A DNA stretch of 64,000 nt, taken from Bugula neritina. Taxonomy: Eukaryota > Animalia > Bryozoa. The translations under genes were made by a program, and so were the position numbers. How positions within the stretch are numbered: the first letter of the stretch is position 1; the number at the start of each line of letters is the position of its first letter. This document shows, one piece after another, positions 1 to 13,392 of this stretch. The notes beneath the pieces were generated by a model. The model ran no database searches. It was not told the DNA's origin and was given only the letters and a program-made list of their open reading frames with translations. The stretch lies in contig OZ037766.1 in the NCBI GenBank assembly GCA_964035545.1, positions 3,100,001 to 3,164,000 of the forward strand. Reading direction: 5' to 3'.

Positions 1-347
1 TATTAGCCTTATATACTTTGACCGTACCATAGTCCTCCTATAATATGTTGATTTTGAAAAAAGTTGAAAACTTTTATGATTTTCTAACTGGTTTTCATGA
101 CTAAATATGAAAAGCACAACAGTTTATGGGAGAATTAGCTTTTACTTGACGATGTACACGTGCCTATATGTGAAAGCACCAATCATAGCAATATTATTGT
201 GATGCAATGGGCTATTCTGTTATGTACTGTTATGTTATGTACTCAAATTTAAAAAAAGTTGAACATTTCTGTGGTTTTGCCATTTAAAAGAAACTGAAAT
301 ACAATGAAAATATGAATGAGTGAGATGTAGTGTTGAGTTTACCCAAT

Positions 348-420
348 GGCCCCTGTGGTGTGATGGTAGCGTCTGCTTGCAAGCCGGAAGTCCTGGGTTC
401 GAATACCAGTTGGGGGGACA
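348..420 (+). mobile_element. tRNA-derived SINE head or tRNA pseudogene
   Basis: A-box-like TGGTGTGATGG and B-box GGTTCGAATAC at tRNA spacing, but the anticodon arm is not canonical. Followed about 65 bp later by a simple-repeat tract, as is typical of SINE tails. Confidence 0.6.
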
Positions 421-486
421 AAAGTTTTATATCATTGTCTTTAATGTTAATATATAAACACTAGCACACTAGTATAATAGCATAAA

Positions 487-623
487 GTTGTACTAGTTGT
501 ACTAGTTGTACTAGTTGTACTAGTTGTACTAGTTGTACTAGTTGTACTAGTTGTACTATAGTTGTACTAGTTGTACTAGTTGTACTAGTTGTACTAGTTG
601 TACTAGTTGTACTAGTTGTACTA
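487..623 (+). repeat. 9-bp tandem repeat (GTTGTACTA)n, about 15 copies
   Basis: Directly visible near-perfect 9-mer array with one interruption. Confidence 0.95.
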
Positions 624-1362
624 TTAAATGCTAAATTTTCATAGAGGCAAAATTGATTTCATCCCATCACAGTGAAGTGAAGTAAAGCTGTGACTGATGC
701 ATTTATTTTAATGTCAAACAGAAGCATGAATATGTGACAACACAATTTAGAATTGGTTATGAATCAAAAGATTGTTATAAATATTATGCTTCTCGAATAT
801 GTGTCACAAATATATGTATCAAAAATATATGTCAGGGGTAGGTTGAGTGAGTTGCAGCTGTACAAAACTACTTTGTAGTGACATTATTTGACAATTATCT
901 AAAATTTTAACTCTTCACTTTCTCAAACTTTTTCAATTATGTCAGTATAACATGACATTCTTTAAATTACATCCAATTTTTTATTGTTCTGCAGAGAAGC
1001 TATAAATACATAAATAGTATCAGCTTGCGAACTTATGATTATAAAATCAAAAACATAACTACTAGTATTGAGTGAGACTGAAAACAATGTGTCTGCCCCA
1101 GACTGACAGGTGTTTCAAATTAAGCCTCTGCAGAAGACCAACTATAGGTTTACACAAACCAGTCTAAACTTATATTGTTATAAATAAAACTTCTTTCGAA
1201 TCATCGCAAGTATAACAATAGCATTTAGGTTAGAGTCCAAATGTACTTGTAAAAGAATTTGCACGTTTTCAGTGGCTTTCTGAAAATATTACAAAAATAA
1301 TTAACAAATGCAGGTTAGATATCTGTCATTGAAATGTCAATTTCCTCAGTTTTCACGTCTAG

Positions 1363-2445
1363 TCATGTGACGCCATCTTCCTTTATTGAAACATGTTCGT
1401 AAGGCGGCCGTTTACAGAACACCTGCTTGAAATTGTCTCTGAATACTTTATTGAAGCCGAAATAAAGAAAAAAGTTGATTGCTGAGTTGAGGCAAAGGAG
1501 TGAGTCTGTAATCTCTCGAATTCCTCTAACGAGGTAGGTGGCATCGGCATAGCCAAAGTTTTTTAAAGATATTATAGCGTCAGGGGTGACGCAAACTAGG
1601 AAAGCAATGATTATGGCCACCAGCATTATCGTTACTCTGTTCTTACAGTCCAGTGGGCGCCGATAACCTCTACGACTCATCTTCCACAACTCCTTAATAA
1701 TCCAGCCATTGACAATGACCAGCACCATGAGGGGTACTAAGGAGCGGATAATGTTCTGGAAAAGTACGAATGGTGTAGTGAAATTCTTATCACTCCACAA
1801 GTCCGTTACGGAGAGTGTCCCGTTGAAGTTTTCTGTAGTCTTTTGGTATCGCAGAACAAAAGGTACGGCTATTAGCATCGAGCTGAGCCAGACTACGCAG
1901 CAGGTAATCTTGGCTCTTGTTATTGTACACATTGTCACAGCTCGTTCCGGCCACTTCATATAAATATATCGCTCTATTGCCACCGATACTGTCAGCCAGG
2001 CAGTATTACACACGGAAAAGTTTAAAATATAATGAGCATAAGGGTACAATGTTCCAAAGACTGTTTCAGACGCGTCAGATTTGCCGATGTATTCCAATAA
2101 GACTGTTATAAAATACAGGAAGTCACAAAGCAACTTAAAAGTGTCTGAAAGAGCCAGTGTCGTAAGGTAAATGTTGGTAGAAGATTTCTGCTTGGCTCTA
2201 ACAAATACGATAAACGCCAGCATATTTCCAATAATCCCCGCCACACAGAACACTGGGAATAGATACAGGCCTGTGACGAGCCTCGTTGTCTCGTAGAAGT
2301 TTTCTTCCCATGTCACATCTGATGGTGCTTCTGATAGCTGTCTAGACACATCAGTAGTGCTAGAGTTTAAAGGCAGCAGTGGGTGACTTTCTGGCAGCAT
2401 TAGACTGGAGATACTTTTAGTCATAGGAATGGCATCAGTCTGCAT
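1363..2445 (-). CDS. Class A (rhodopsin-family) GPCR, FMRFamide/myosuppressin/sex-peptide-receptor-like, 360 aa, single coding exon
   Basis: Seven hydrophobic segments. TM1 GIIGN, TM2 YLTTLALSD, TM3 WLTVSVAIERY, TM6 FLVCVTPD and TM7 NSAINFFLY (NFxxY variant typical of this invertebrate receptor clade). N-terminal N-glycosylation sequon NSS. A 3' splice site (ttttgtttgcag, AG at 2480-2479) indicates an upstream 5'UTR intron. Confidence 0.92.
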   Translation of the reverse strand: MQTDAIPMTKSISSLMLPESHPLLPLNSSTTDVSRQLSEAPSDVTWEENFYETTRLVTGLYLFPVFCVAGIIGNMLAFIVFVRAKQKSSTNIYLTTLALSDTFKLLCDFLYFITVLLEYIGKSDASETVFGTLYPYAHYILNFSVCNTAWLTVSVAIERYIYMKWPERAVTMCTITRAKITCCVVWLSSMLIAVPFVLRYQKTTENFNGTLSVTDLWSDKNFTTPFVLFQNIIRSLVPLMVLVIVNGWIIKELWKMSRRGYRRPLDCKNRVTIMLVAIIIAFLVCVTPDAIISLKNFGYADATYLVRGIREITDSLLCLNSAINFFLYFGFNKVFRDNFKQVFCKRPPYEHVSIKEDGVT

Positions 2446-2446
2446 A

Positions 2447-2473
2447 CTAGCTGTGTTTTGCTAAGATGGGCAT
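2447..2473 (-). promoter_or_regulatory. Upstream ORF (MPILAKHS*) in the GPCR 5'UTR
   Basis: ATG CCC ATC TTA GCA AAA CAC AGC TAG lies between the predicted splice acceptor (2479) and the main ATG (2445), ending 1 nt before it. Confidence 0.55.
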
Positions 2474-3782
2474 TTTGTCTGCAAACAAAACAAATTTAAT
2501 GCAACTCAAGTTATATTCAAATTGATGAAGCATGAAGCAGGATAGCATACTACAATCTGCTTTGAGTAGCCTATATGGAAATTACTAACAGCTTAGTTAT
2601 TAGGAAAGAGCAACACAAATATGAACTGTACTCAAAAATCTCCAAACTTTGAAATAGTTTTCTGCATATGCGTAAGCATTTTAAGAAAATATGCATTTGT
2701 ATATACAATTATGCAGCACTTGAATTTTTCTAAAAGTTTTGCTCACCAAATATAAAAGATGCAGTGTCAGCTATGAAGCATTTGAAAAACTTCAATTGCT
2801 TTTTTGTTCATTGAGAAAATTTGCCATGCAATGAATAATCTAACTAGACTACACAGGACTAAATACTTTATGTTTTATGAATTTACAGCAACCTTTTAGA
2901 ATACAAACAACTTACCTTTGCTTTATTAACCAAAAATAGTAGCGCACAGTCTAATGCATGCTTTTAATTTAATCCATTCTACTCAAAAATAGACTCACTG
3001 AGCACTAATTAAAATTTTACGAGCTAGGTGCAATGCTGGAAACATAACTAATAAACTATAACACGATTATACTTAACATTATTGCCTTCCAGTTATAGCG
3101 AACACCTGGGTTCATTTGAGGGCATGGGGTTATTGATGCCTTAGTCAAAATAATATGATCAATCTTGCCAATTACTACCCACTTCGGTGGCAATATCAAA
3201 CAAAAAACCTATGTTGTTCAACAGAGTGTAAAGTATACCAAAGCATTGCATTACATCAATATGCTATGGGGATATTATGAAATATACACGCGATGAATAG
3301 CATCACTTACTACCTAGTAGCTATAATAGTAGTATATCCATCAGCAAAAACTTAGTAGTTTAAGTGGTTTACTAACCAATGAGCTTGAAACAAGCTATAA
3401 TCAAATAAAGTTTAGAGTAAGTAAATTTGCTTAATGAGATTTAACCTGAGGTGGTTAATTTTGAATTTTGAAAAAAAGACACGAAGAAAGAAGTAGGCTG
3501 GAAGCATTGAATTATTGACATTTTTATATACCTCTTTGTATAGGTTTTTATATAGCCTGGCCAATCCTGTTAAAAACTGAATAAGTTTAAGAAATTTATT
3601 GAAATGAAAAGGAAGATTTATCTCCTTGCTTAGATTACAATATAATGAATGGTTTTTATTTTCAAAACACTTTTGCGGAGCTCAAACTCTGAAAGGGAAA
3701 CTCTGAAGGGGAAACTCTGAAGGAAATATATAATCTTATCCTCACCTATCTCTGCTCTGTCCTGTTCCGAGTAGCAGAAATA

Positions 3783-3874
3783 TAACTTTTATACTATATG
3801 ACTAAATACAATGCATGAGGTTTAATAGATAACCTGATACATATATTGTATTTAGCCACACAGCATAGAAGTTA
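3783..3874. repeat. Inverted repeat/hairpin with 30-bp arms (MITE relic or RNA hairpin)
   Basis: 3783-3812 vs the reverse complement of 3845-3874 matches at 25/30 positions, with further inner pairing. Confidence 0.75.
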
Positions 3875-4597
3875 AAAATAGAGCACAACACAAAAAGAGT
3901 TATCCTTCCAGCAATAGTTATAAATACGTTATCAAATATAAAAACTGACTATACATGTAACATGATTATATAGAATTGCAAGCTATGACCATTTATTATT
4001 ATAGTTAAATAACTCTAATTTTTAAGAAAAATCTGGTCAACCAATGCCCTAAGAATTATCTGCTCTTGGTAAAATCTCATTTTTTTCTGTATATAGACAC
4101 CATTTAATTGTATATTGAGAGTTTATATGCTAATAAGTACAATAGTTGCAATTATTTACTTGCTGTCTCACTCTGTGACTTCAATCACACCTTCTCATAT
4201 GATCATTTTTATTGTGTTAGTTATAAAATGGCACTACTTTGTAAATATCAGATTACACAAATTTCAGTAGAAATAGAAAATTTACTAAAAACTGAAAACG
4301 CACACACTCAATTTTATGTAATACAGGTAAAGCCAGGCTGCAGTGACTTGAACCCTTTTGCATCTTTAAATGGTTTTATAGACAGTATTTAACAATTTGA
4401 ACCATCATAACATTCAGCATGCTAAACCTGTGTGGGAAGATGCAGGTGTTTAAAAAACTTTACATATTGTCATCATATGATTTAAGTTTGTCTTTTTACA
4501 TCCTGGTACTTGTTGTTCTGCTGTGCAGAATGTTTTTAAGCTGAGTAGAATTAGTAGGTGACATTAGAAATTTTGAAAATATTAAAATGCCTTGAAA

Positions 4598-4672
4598 ACA
4601 GAAGACATCTTGGTAATAGAAGACATCTTGAAAGCAAAAAGCACTTTGTTAATAGAAGACATCTTGGCAATA
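4598..4672 (+). repeat. Short degenerate tandem repeat (aatagaagacatcttgg-like, about 3-4 copies)
   Basis: The motif agaagacatcttg occurs three times. Confidence 0.7.
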
Positions 4673-7600
4673 GCACCTAAGTTATAGGGAGTAGAGCACA
4701 TCTTGCACACTCTTGCATTCTTCTAACACGCGATTAAGAACGTGCTTTAGCGCACAACTCACGTCTCCTTTATTTCACAAGCATGATTATGCATTTAGCA
4801 AGCTAGCTTGCAGAGTTTATTGCTATGCAGACAAGGCTAGCAATTCATGAACCTTAAGTTAAGTCACTGAGTGCAATTAGTGTATACTGCAGTTGTTTTG
4901 GTAGACTCTAATTTTATAACTCTTGGTGGGTGGGTGTTATTGATTTGAAAACATATACCCAGTAGCCTAATGCATACTTTATTAAATGGCCTTTTGAGTT
5001 GAGTAATTACATTTATTTCAATTTTCAGTGAATGCATTGCAGCAGAAAAATGCAATTTACGTTACAAAATGCACGTATCGATAACAGCTTGTCAAATGGT
5101 CAAATTTTTTAACTTCTTTACAGACCTGAAAACTATTAAAACACAAAATTTTGAAATGGTTGATTTTTGATTTAAAGTTCAATTTGCTTAAGATTTTATT
5201 TAATACAAGTTGATTACATTATTTTGATTGTGTGCATATCAAACACCAAACCATGCAGAGGTTAATCGACTTTTTTATTTTAAGTTAAACTTAAATGTTT
5301 CTTACATGTATGCTGCGAGACATAAAATCAATTGCATTGAATGGAGAAAAGTCATTTGATTATTCAAGTAATTTTATAAAATTATATACACCTTTTTTTA
5401 ATTTTTTTTAACTATGTATGAAACAGTGGAGTTTTTCTAACTATGTAACAGCAGCAGTAGAGTTACATATGTATTTTCTTCGACAACACGGCAATATACA
5501 TCCTTATGTCAATTCTTCAATTCGGCAAATTATTTTCTAATTATTTGGCATTGCTCCTCACCTATAAGGTAGCATATGTGAGATTTGAGCAGTTCATGTT
5601 AATAGAAACACTCTACTTCCCACACACTGAAAGAAGAAGTTCCGGATACCTAATTTCCCAAGAGACAAAAAAATCAAAAGTTCAGGCACGAAGTTATCAG
5701 TGTGTGCAAGCCTGAACTAAACATTGTTTTGACTACCAGCACCCAAAATAGCACCTGCCAATTATTGTCAGATTGCTCAGGGAATGGCATGGTTCAATAA
5801 CTAATTATTATACATGCATATTACATTTTTATAACAGTTATTTTTAAGTACAATATAGAGATTTGGTCTTGAAAATACCATTGCTATGCAATAGACTGCC
5901 TAGCAGCCTATTTAATAAGCCAATTATGATGTATGTACATCTCGAACATGCCTAATAACGATAATAGTATCCAAATGTTTTATATTTTGTTACTATTATG
6001 ACTGAAACATTCTTTTGTGAACGAGAAATACATTATTATTGTATGCCAATAACTTTTAGCTTTTGCACCAAATAGTTAATAATGAATTCACCCAAAGTTA
6101 CATAATTGCAAATTGCTAATGTTGTTTAGATATAAATTAAGGGGAAGGGGAAATAACTGCCCCTCCCCTTTACTCACCAAAACTTTAACCTCTGCAGGTT
6201 AAGTTCAAACTGAGTTCAAAAGAGCTTCATTAGGCTACTAGTTACAAAACAATAGATAGATAGCTGTCCAAATATTAACATTAAAAAGTTTTACTTCTTT
6301 GAATTTGTAGCTTAGTAAATATTATTAATTTCATATGAAGATTTGACTGTCTACAGCCTAAATTTTGAGGAGGATATTCATAATTTAATTTTACTTCAGT
6401 GAACTATTCTTTTGTAAAGACTAATGCTAGTACTGGTGAAAAAATAACCAACCATTTTATCAGCAACTGCTGATTTGTTAACTATGGGTTGAAAAAAAAT
6501 CCATGACCCTCTAAACATGAAAGCTCACCATTGACAAAAAGTTTCAATTCAACTTGACATAAATTTAGTGAAGTATTCTTAATAATGACTTCTAAAATTT
6601 TGAATGTTTGGCAAAGGTTATATAATATTTATTATTAACCATAAAAAAATCTTTGTAAATAAATTGTAAATTTGATATGAGGGTTGTTTAAGAAATGAAA
6701 ATTAATTCTTTTTTTAAAAACAACAAGCCTAGCTTTTGCAAATATGCCGTGCACTACTGAAAATTATTACCAAAAAGCAGAGTTCACCAGCTTGCATATT
6801 GTACATAAAAACATGCGTGAATTTAAAAGTAAGGCTGCCCATGCGGTTTAACCTTCAGTGGTCATATAGCTAGCAATAATAAATATTTCCCACCTGTAAT
6901 TTTATTTACTGCAGCTAAACATACAAGGCTTGTTATACAATATCAAAATGTATAAAGTTTGTAAAGTAAGTTTAAAATTAAAAATTAAATATTATATAAC
7001 TAGTTACCTTGTTATTCTGTTATTTGATTACTGAAATAGGTTACATCTTCATCTTAAGCCAAGGATGTTAATGTTTATTTGCTGATAAATTAACTGCTTT
7101 GAAACTCGGATGTTTGTCAAGTGTTATATGAGTACTTATTTTATCAATTGACCTCTAATTATGACGAAATTGAGCTCTCAACATTACCTGCGTAACACGG
7201 GAACACTTTAAAAGTAGTTGCTCTTATCTTTGAGTGAATAAAATGCAATATAGTAGATGTGAATCGTACGAAGCCTTATACTTCATGTTATATTGTTTAT
7301 AATCAATATAATATTTCATAATATAATAATTGTATGCTGATGTCATATGGGTTAGATGTAACAGTTACAGTCATATAAACAATGCCTGCAGCATATATAG
7401 GTGACCTGAGTGTGATGGGCGATATACTGTACAGGCTCTATGTCCTAGTATATCAACCACGAGGATAAGAGAGTTGCTTTTGTGACATTAACTCAAAAGA
7501 ATCAATAATAACTATACTAATAACTAAGCCTAATAAATAGAAATATTATTAGAGTATTTATTTAGCTATACGAAATGTATCATGAAAAACACATATTTAT

Positions 7601-10140
7601 TATATTATACGGATCACTTGCTGCAACTAATTTGTTAGCCGAAATGGGTTCACATCTGCTGTTGTTTACCCATTATATACAAGACAAATATGTTTACTCA
7701 CTTTGGCAGCTGAGATTGTACTATATTTATAGACAGCTTCCCTAAAGTAGTGCAAAGGCAAGAGCTGCTAGAGTAACCTTAATCCCCTTGTACACATAGA
7801 ATTATAGTTTCATTCATAAACGTTATACTCTTTAAATATTCACTTTTTAGTGTTTAAATACCATTAACAAGTGCATTAATTATTTCAATATCTTCCTTTC
7901 CTTTAAACTATAACTTTACTTTTCTTTAAGATTGTATCACTTATTGGTATGGATACAGTGACTTACTACAAAAGAGTGAAGCATAAATCAGGCTTTCATT
8001 AAGTTGATATTTTCTTAAAACTCAAATGATTAAATAATTTTGTCCTTATTTTAGAATGTTGTTGGATTATAAATTATGATTAAAAGCGTATTTTTATCTA
8101 ATATTTAACTATGAGAACTACTTTATAACATTTAAGTTAAATTCTTCATTTTTGCTGATGATTTATGAGTCATGAGTCTAATAGAACGTTGCATATTTCA
8201 TATCATATTAACAACAGTCCCAGTTAAGTAGTATACAGGCTCCACTAAAAGTTTTTTTAAGGCCAATATAAAGTGAATAGAGAGGTGGGGGGAATTTTAT
8301 TGGGGATGCCACAAAGTTAGTTTGTCACGTTCACAAGTTAGATTGGTATTTGCTACTGTGAGTTTTATCAACAGTTATTTGCAAATTTAGAAATTAGAAT
8401 TCATAATAGAATAAAACTTCATCGTATAAATAAATCAAAGCAGTTTACCAAAACAAAACTTATAGCCATCGTATACTAACAGGGAGGAAACTAATCTTGA
8501 ACTTAATTCAGTACTTTATTCAAAGCCATACATAAAAGATATTATTTGAAAAATCAATTTAAGCTGTAAGAATATAGCCCAACGAGCTATAGTTTATGTC
8601 TTGAAAATATACAGTTTATAATTGCATTTATACAGGCAACCAATGCCCTAGCCAGCAAGATTGCGCGTGTGTGTTATATGTGTGTGTGCATTCGTGATTT
8701 AGCATTTAGATATTTTAAATTATCAATTTGCCTTCTTTGCTGAAAATTTGGCATTTCTATTTCTTGCTAAACATTACAGACGTATTTTCTTATTTACGTT
8801 ATAGGTTGCAATTTGCTCATATTGTACTAATAATAATTTATCTAGGAAAAGTTTTACAGTGTATTGGTATAAGACATCAAATAGTAATTAAATTAAATCA
8901 ATGCATGAGTTAATAATAACGTTTACTAAAGATATCTTTCTTATAGCTGTCTTGATCTAAACAGATCCATGAGATTATAACAGCGTAAAGTATACAAACC
9001 CCCCCCAGCAAAATAATATGGTAAATATTGTATAATTGAATAGAAAATTTTGAAAAGAAACTTCCCTGCTTTTTTTGCAATTCTACTGAGTCAACACATG
9101 AAAGTAGAGTTGTACTCCCACATGAAATCGCTGACATGTCAGACAAAAAGTAATTCTTTTTGAATTACTTGAATAAATTAAAAAAGGTCAGCCCACTTTT
9201 ATCTCTTTGGAATATTGTCTCAACTTTCTGTATATAGCAAGCTGCCTTAACGATGTTATCTTAATAAGCAAAGTTAAAGCAAAGATAATTCCTTTTATGC
9301 TGATCAAAGTTTTTAATTTGTAGAGTAACACGCGTAGGCTTTCCTCTTAGCCTAATACTAATCTATTACATATACAGTCACATCACACATAGAAAACTTA
9401 GTATGTATACAAAATAACTTGGATTAATATTACTGTTAAGATAACCCATCGGAAAATTTCTTGTACCAACTATAACGTGCTTACTGTCACCATCTCCACA
9501 AAGCTTTTAACAAAGATATAATAATATTCTATACTCTGCACTATAGACCAACCAAAATGTAGAGAACAATATGTTAAAGTGTTGTACACTTAATTCGCAT
9601 ACTTTGAATTATCCTAATGGGTTTTTCATTCAGATAATCTCTCGTGTGATTGACTTTTCCGATGCAGTACCTCTAAGCCAAGCAGATTTATTAAACCTAG
9701 AGCGTTTTTTAATGTCCCACATACCTTATGTTCATAATATTAGAATCAGGAACACTTAATCTCAGATTTAATTAAATTTTCAAAGTATGCAATAAACTCA
9801 AATTCTAATACAATTGCCTAACCATTGGGCAGATTATAACTAACTGTGGGAGACATTAATAATACCACTTTTTATTTTTTAAAAATTGAACTGACATTAA
9901 ATCCCTTTGTAGAAAATTTGCATATGTTGAAATAGTTTTATAACAAATTACAAGACAAATGGAAAATGATGGACATTTCTGCATGTTTCATTTATAAACC
10001 AAAAAGAAGTTTTCAGGGCTTTGCACCCCAAACCAAAATTGTTTGCTGACAGTAAGCTAGAACACTAAATGCCTTTGCAAATTTTTTGCTGCATCTGCAA
10101 ACTTTTGCCCCTAGAAATTCTTGCCCCTGCAGGAATTACT

Positions 10141-10235
10141 CGGGCTCTGGTACATCATAGTAGCATATCTAATATTGTTATACACATGCAGGCTCTGGTA
10201 CATTACAGTAGCATATATATAATACTGTTATACAC
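10141..10235 (+). repeat. Tandem duplication of about 48 bp
   Basis: ggctctggtacat..agtagcatat..taata.tgttatacac occurs twice. Confidence 0.75.
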
Positions 10236-13227
10236 TCGTAATTCAAACACTCTTATGCATCTATGCATTCGAAATGACTGATCAAATTCTAAATGAAATT
10301 ATAGCAGAAGTTGTTTAAATTATTTTATCAGATATATCGTATGGTCTCGACTGATTGACTTCCACAATTAAATCATATGTTGCTTCAGCTTTCATTGGAG
10401 ACTAGCAACTTAGCAGAAGATTCTAGCTCTGAAATATGGCTGACAACGTTGTGCTTTATGTTATAAGTTCAGCCTATACTCCAGGATTCCTTGCTAAAAC
10501 CTATACATTCATGTTTCTGCATTGGTTCAAACTACTAAAAGCAAATGTAATGAAGATAATATTAATAAATGTTAATGTGAGGTAATTAGAAAAGAAAGGT
10601 TTTCTGAGAACACCCTACTAATTACCAAAACTATTTAGAGTAAAGCAAAACTTAGGCTATTTTCAATAGAGCTCTTTACTTATTAGTAGCTTCTACAGTT
10701 ACCCTCCTTATCTTAGCTGATCAGATGTAACTCAATTCATTCCATTATGAACAGATTGGGACACTTGAAATATGAAAATGTATCTTCCAGTTTAATTACT
10801 CAACCAAATCTATTAGCCACTCTAACAAATTGCTTTTGGAATTGGCTAATGCACATTTTATAAATTGTCATAAATCATTGATCTTGCTAGTTATTTTCTC
10901 CACCATTGCTTGGAACCTTCATCTTGCTTATCATCAGTATACGAATATGCTTCAGTTCGTGCTAATCAATATTGTCATCCATTTTGTTCATATTATATTT
11001 GACTGTATAATACACTGATCCTACATAATTTTTGTTATAAAAAAATGTTAGCCAAAAATTACTATAGATTTGAGCAAATCTGTGCATTTTGGCTTGTTCT
11101 AAAACTATTCTAAAGTTTAAATAAGAAATTTGGACTAAAAAGACATTATTTTAGCAAGAATTTTAAACTTTAAAGAAGGTCGAAAAATATAAGCTATATA
11201 GTAGCGAGCTGAAAATGCTACCACAACATAAAATGTAACTCCATTACTTCATTTGGTGCATGCAATACATGGTATCTTATCATGACAATCATCAAACTGT
11301 AACTAATTTTACATAATTTGCATCAGGTGCAACTTGTAAATTCTTTGCATGAAATCTGCTTTTAATCTTGAATAGCAGCTACATACAGCACGGTATTTCA
11401 TACTCAGTAGGTTATTTTCAAATTCAATTTTTAAATAAGTCAAAGGAAATCTTAGTAGGCCTAATAATGCTACAGTAACAACTTAGAGCTAGTTTTCAGC
11501 TAAAGAAAGTACCTAAGTATTTAACATAATACACAGAGTATTCTACGCTAGTTATGAATATAATTATATAAAGTGGCCCCATAAAGCTGCTTTATATAAA
11601 CACTTTGATAAATGGTAAGTAAAGCTGAAATTTCACATCTCCCTCCCCTACAAAAAACTTTGCTTAACACGAAGTTTAAAGTTTATAAATCTAGCTACGA
11701 GTTATTGCTTTACCTTCACCAGACTAAGCAGTGCTGTGAAGTGATCAACTCCAACTAATGCTGCCAAATTATTCTCAAATAGACAGCAAAATGACTGCTG
11801 ACATTAGCTTATTGTATGTGATACAGCTTTACATATACTTACACAATCTCGCCTGCTCAGGTTTGCTAGGCTAAGATGATATCAGTGTCTATGCTAGCTT
11901 ATATATATATCTCCTTGCACTATACAGCTTACACACAAGCATGCTCACAGCAAATATTATATACCACTTTACCGCCACTCTATTATATATGCCCGAGTGC
12001 CACTAGTCAATTCCCTAATTCTTAGATGGTTATTATTAGAAGCAATTAAATAATCAATTAATTTCTATATTGATTCTAGAACAATGAGTCGGAGCATGAC
12101 AAAGCCTGACCTCTCCTAATTTGCAGTACATACCAATAAACATACCTGAAAGTTTACCCAGAGTTCAGGAAAAACGTGTATTCTTCTGATAATATGAGAA
12201 GTGAGAGTGTTGGAATCTAACAGGATATATTGTATACGCCTTCTTCAATCAAGCCTAACTGAAGGTTTACTGCCCTCACAACCCTAGCCAATTGCATGCA
12301 TGTTCAACAGGTGTGCAAACTTAATTTGTAGCAATCTAGAATGTTTCCAACAATCTATTAATACACTGAAGTGGGAGCTGCCAACCCATTGTGTGCACAT
12401 TTAATTTGTCAAACAGAAAACGAAAAATGATCACTGCATGGGATGTATCACAGTATCCTAATATAAACATAGCATTAGATTTTAAATGAACCTACCAAAA
12501 GTTGGGGTTGGTATAAGTGACAGTTTCTATATGTAAAATAGTTGAATAAAGTTTTTGCAACTGCTGATAGCTAGCTTAGTGCTCAGTATCGATAGAATGA
12601 GTTTGAATAAATTTATATGACCCCTTTTTGTTAGCAAAATGAACAATTACTAAGCTTTTTGAACGAAGTAATAAATTTTATTGAGATGTATAATCAAATC
12701 ATTCAAAAAACTATTTTCAATAGAAAGGTTTTACTTTATACAATGTCTGATCAAAGCAAGCGATTTTAAAATCTTGAAAGAATATAGAATGGCATAACAG
12801 CCATAACTGGTTATCAACTACATTAATATATATAATCAATGTGATTATATTAATCAATTACTCATCAAAAGATTCATAAATGAATTTGCAGCAACCAAAT
12901 CATTATGATAGCATGCATGGCAGCTTTTAATTTCAAGCCAACTACCTACTTAGCCATTATAACAGTTATAGCTGTTATAAGTGGCAGCCTTGAAATAAAA
13001 TAAAGTTGAAATATATCAGGAAATAGTTTTAATAAATATTCAGCTCAAATTGTGAAGGCTACAATAAAGAAAACGGACTTCATTAGATACATAACAGTTC
13101 AACTTGAAAATTGTGGCATTAAATTCAATAGTTCTATAAAGCACCATCTGAATGGCTACTAGCTTTATATAACAGACAAAATTTTCTCCGTGAAACTATA
13201 AATAACATAAATACACCTATATTTATT

Positions 13228-13392
13228 TCAGCTGTATTCTAGAGGTTAGAGAACCGGCTTAGTAAACACAAAATCAGTGGTTTGAATAGCATAAAAGGCA
13301 ACTATGCAGTTAGTCATAGAAAACAAGTCCTTAGCCTGTTTAAAAACTCATTCTGCCAGGGTTTCTTACAGGGATGGTGACTATAAGCCCTA
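13228..13392 (+). mobile_element. Internally deleted copy of tRNA-derived SINE family A
   Basis: Shares the head (ctagaggttagag..ggcttagtaaacac) and tail (cagggtttcttacagggatggtgactataa) with the copies at 16.3, 24.8 and 40.4 kb. Confidence 0.65.

Noticed and set aside
1709-2111. Plus-strand ORFs overlapping the GPCR
   Set aside because: Antisense shadows of the coding sequence.
11714-11990. Possible non-coding first exon and TATA box of the GPCR (donor-like aag|gtaaag at 11714, other candidates near 2915 and 7008)
   Set aside because: Such motifs are common in AT-rich DNA, and I cannot choose among them without transcripts.
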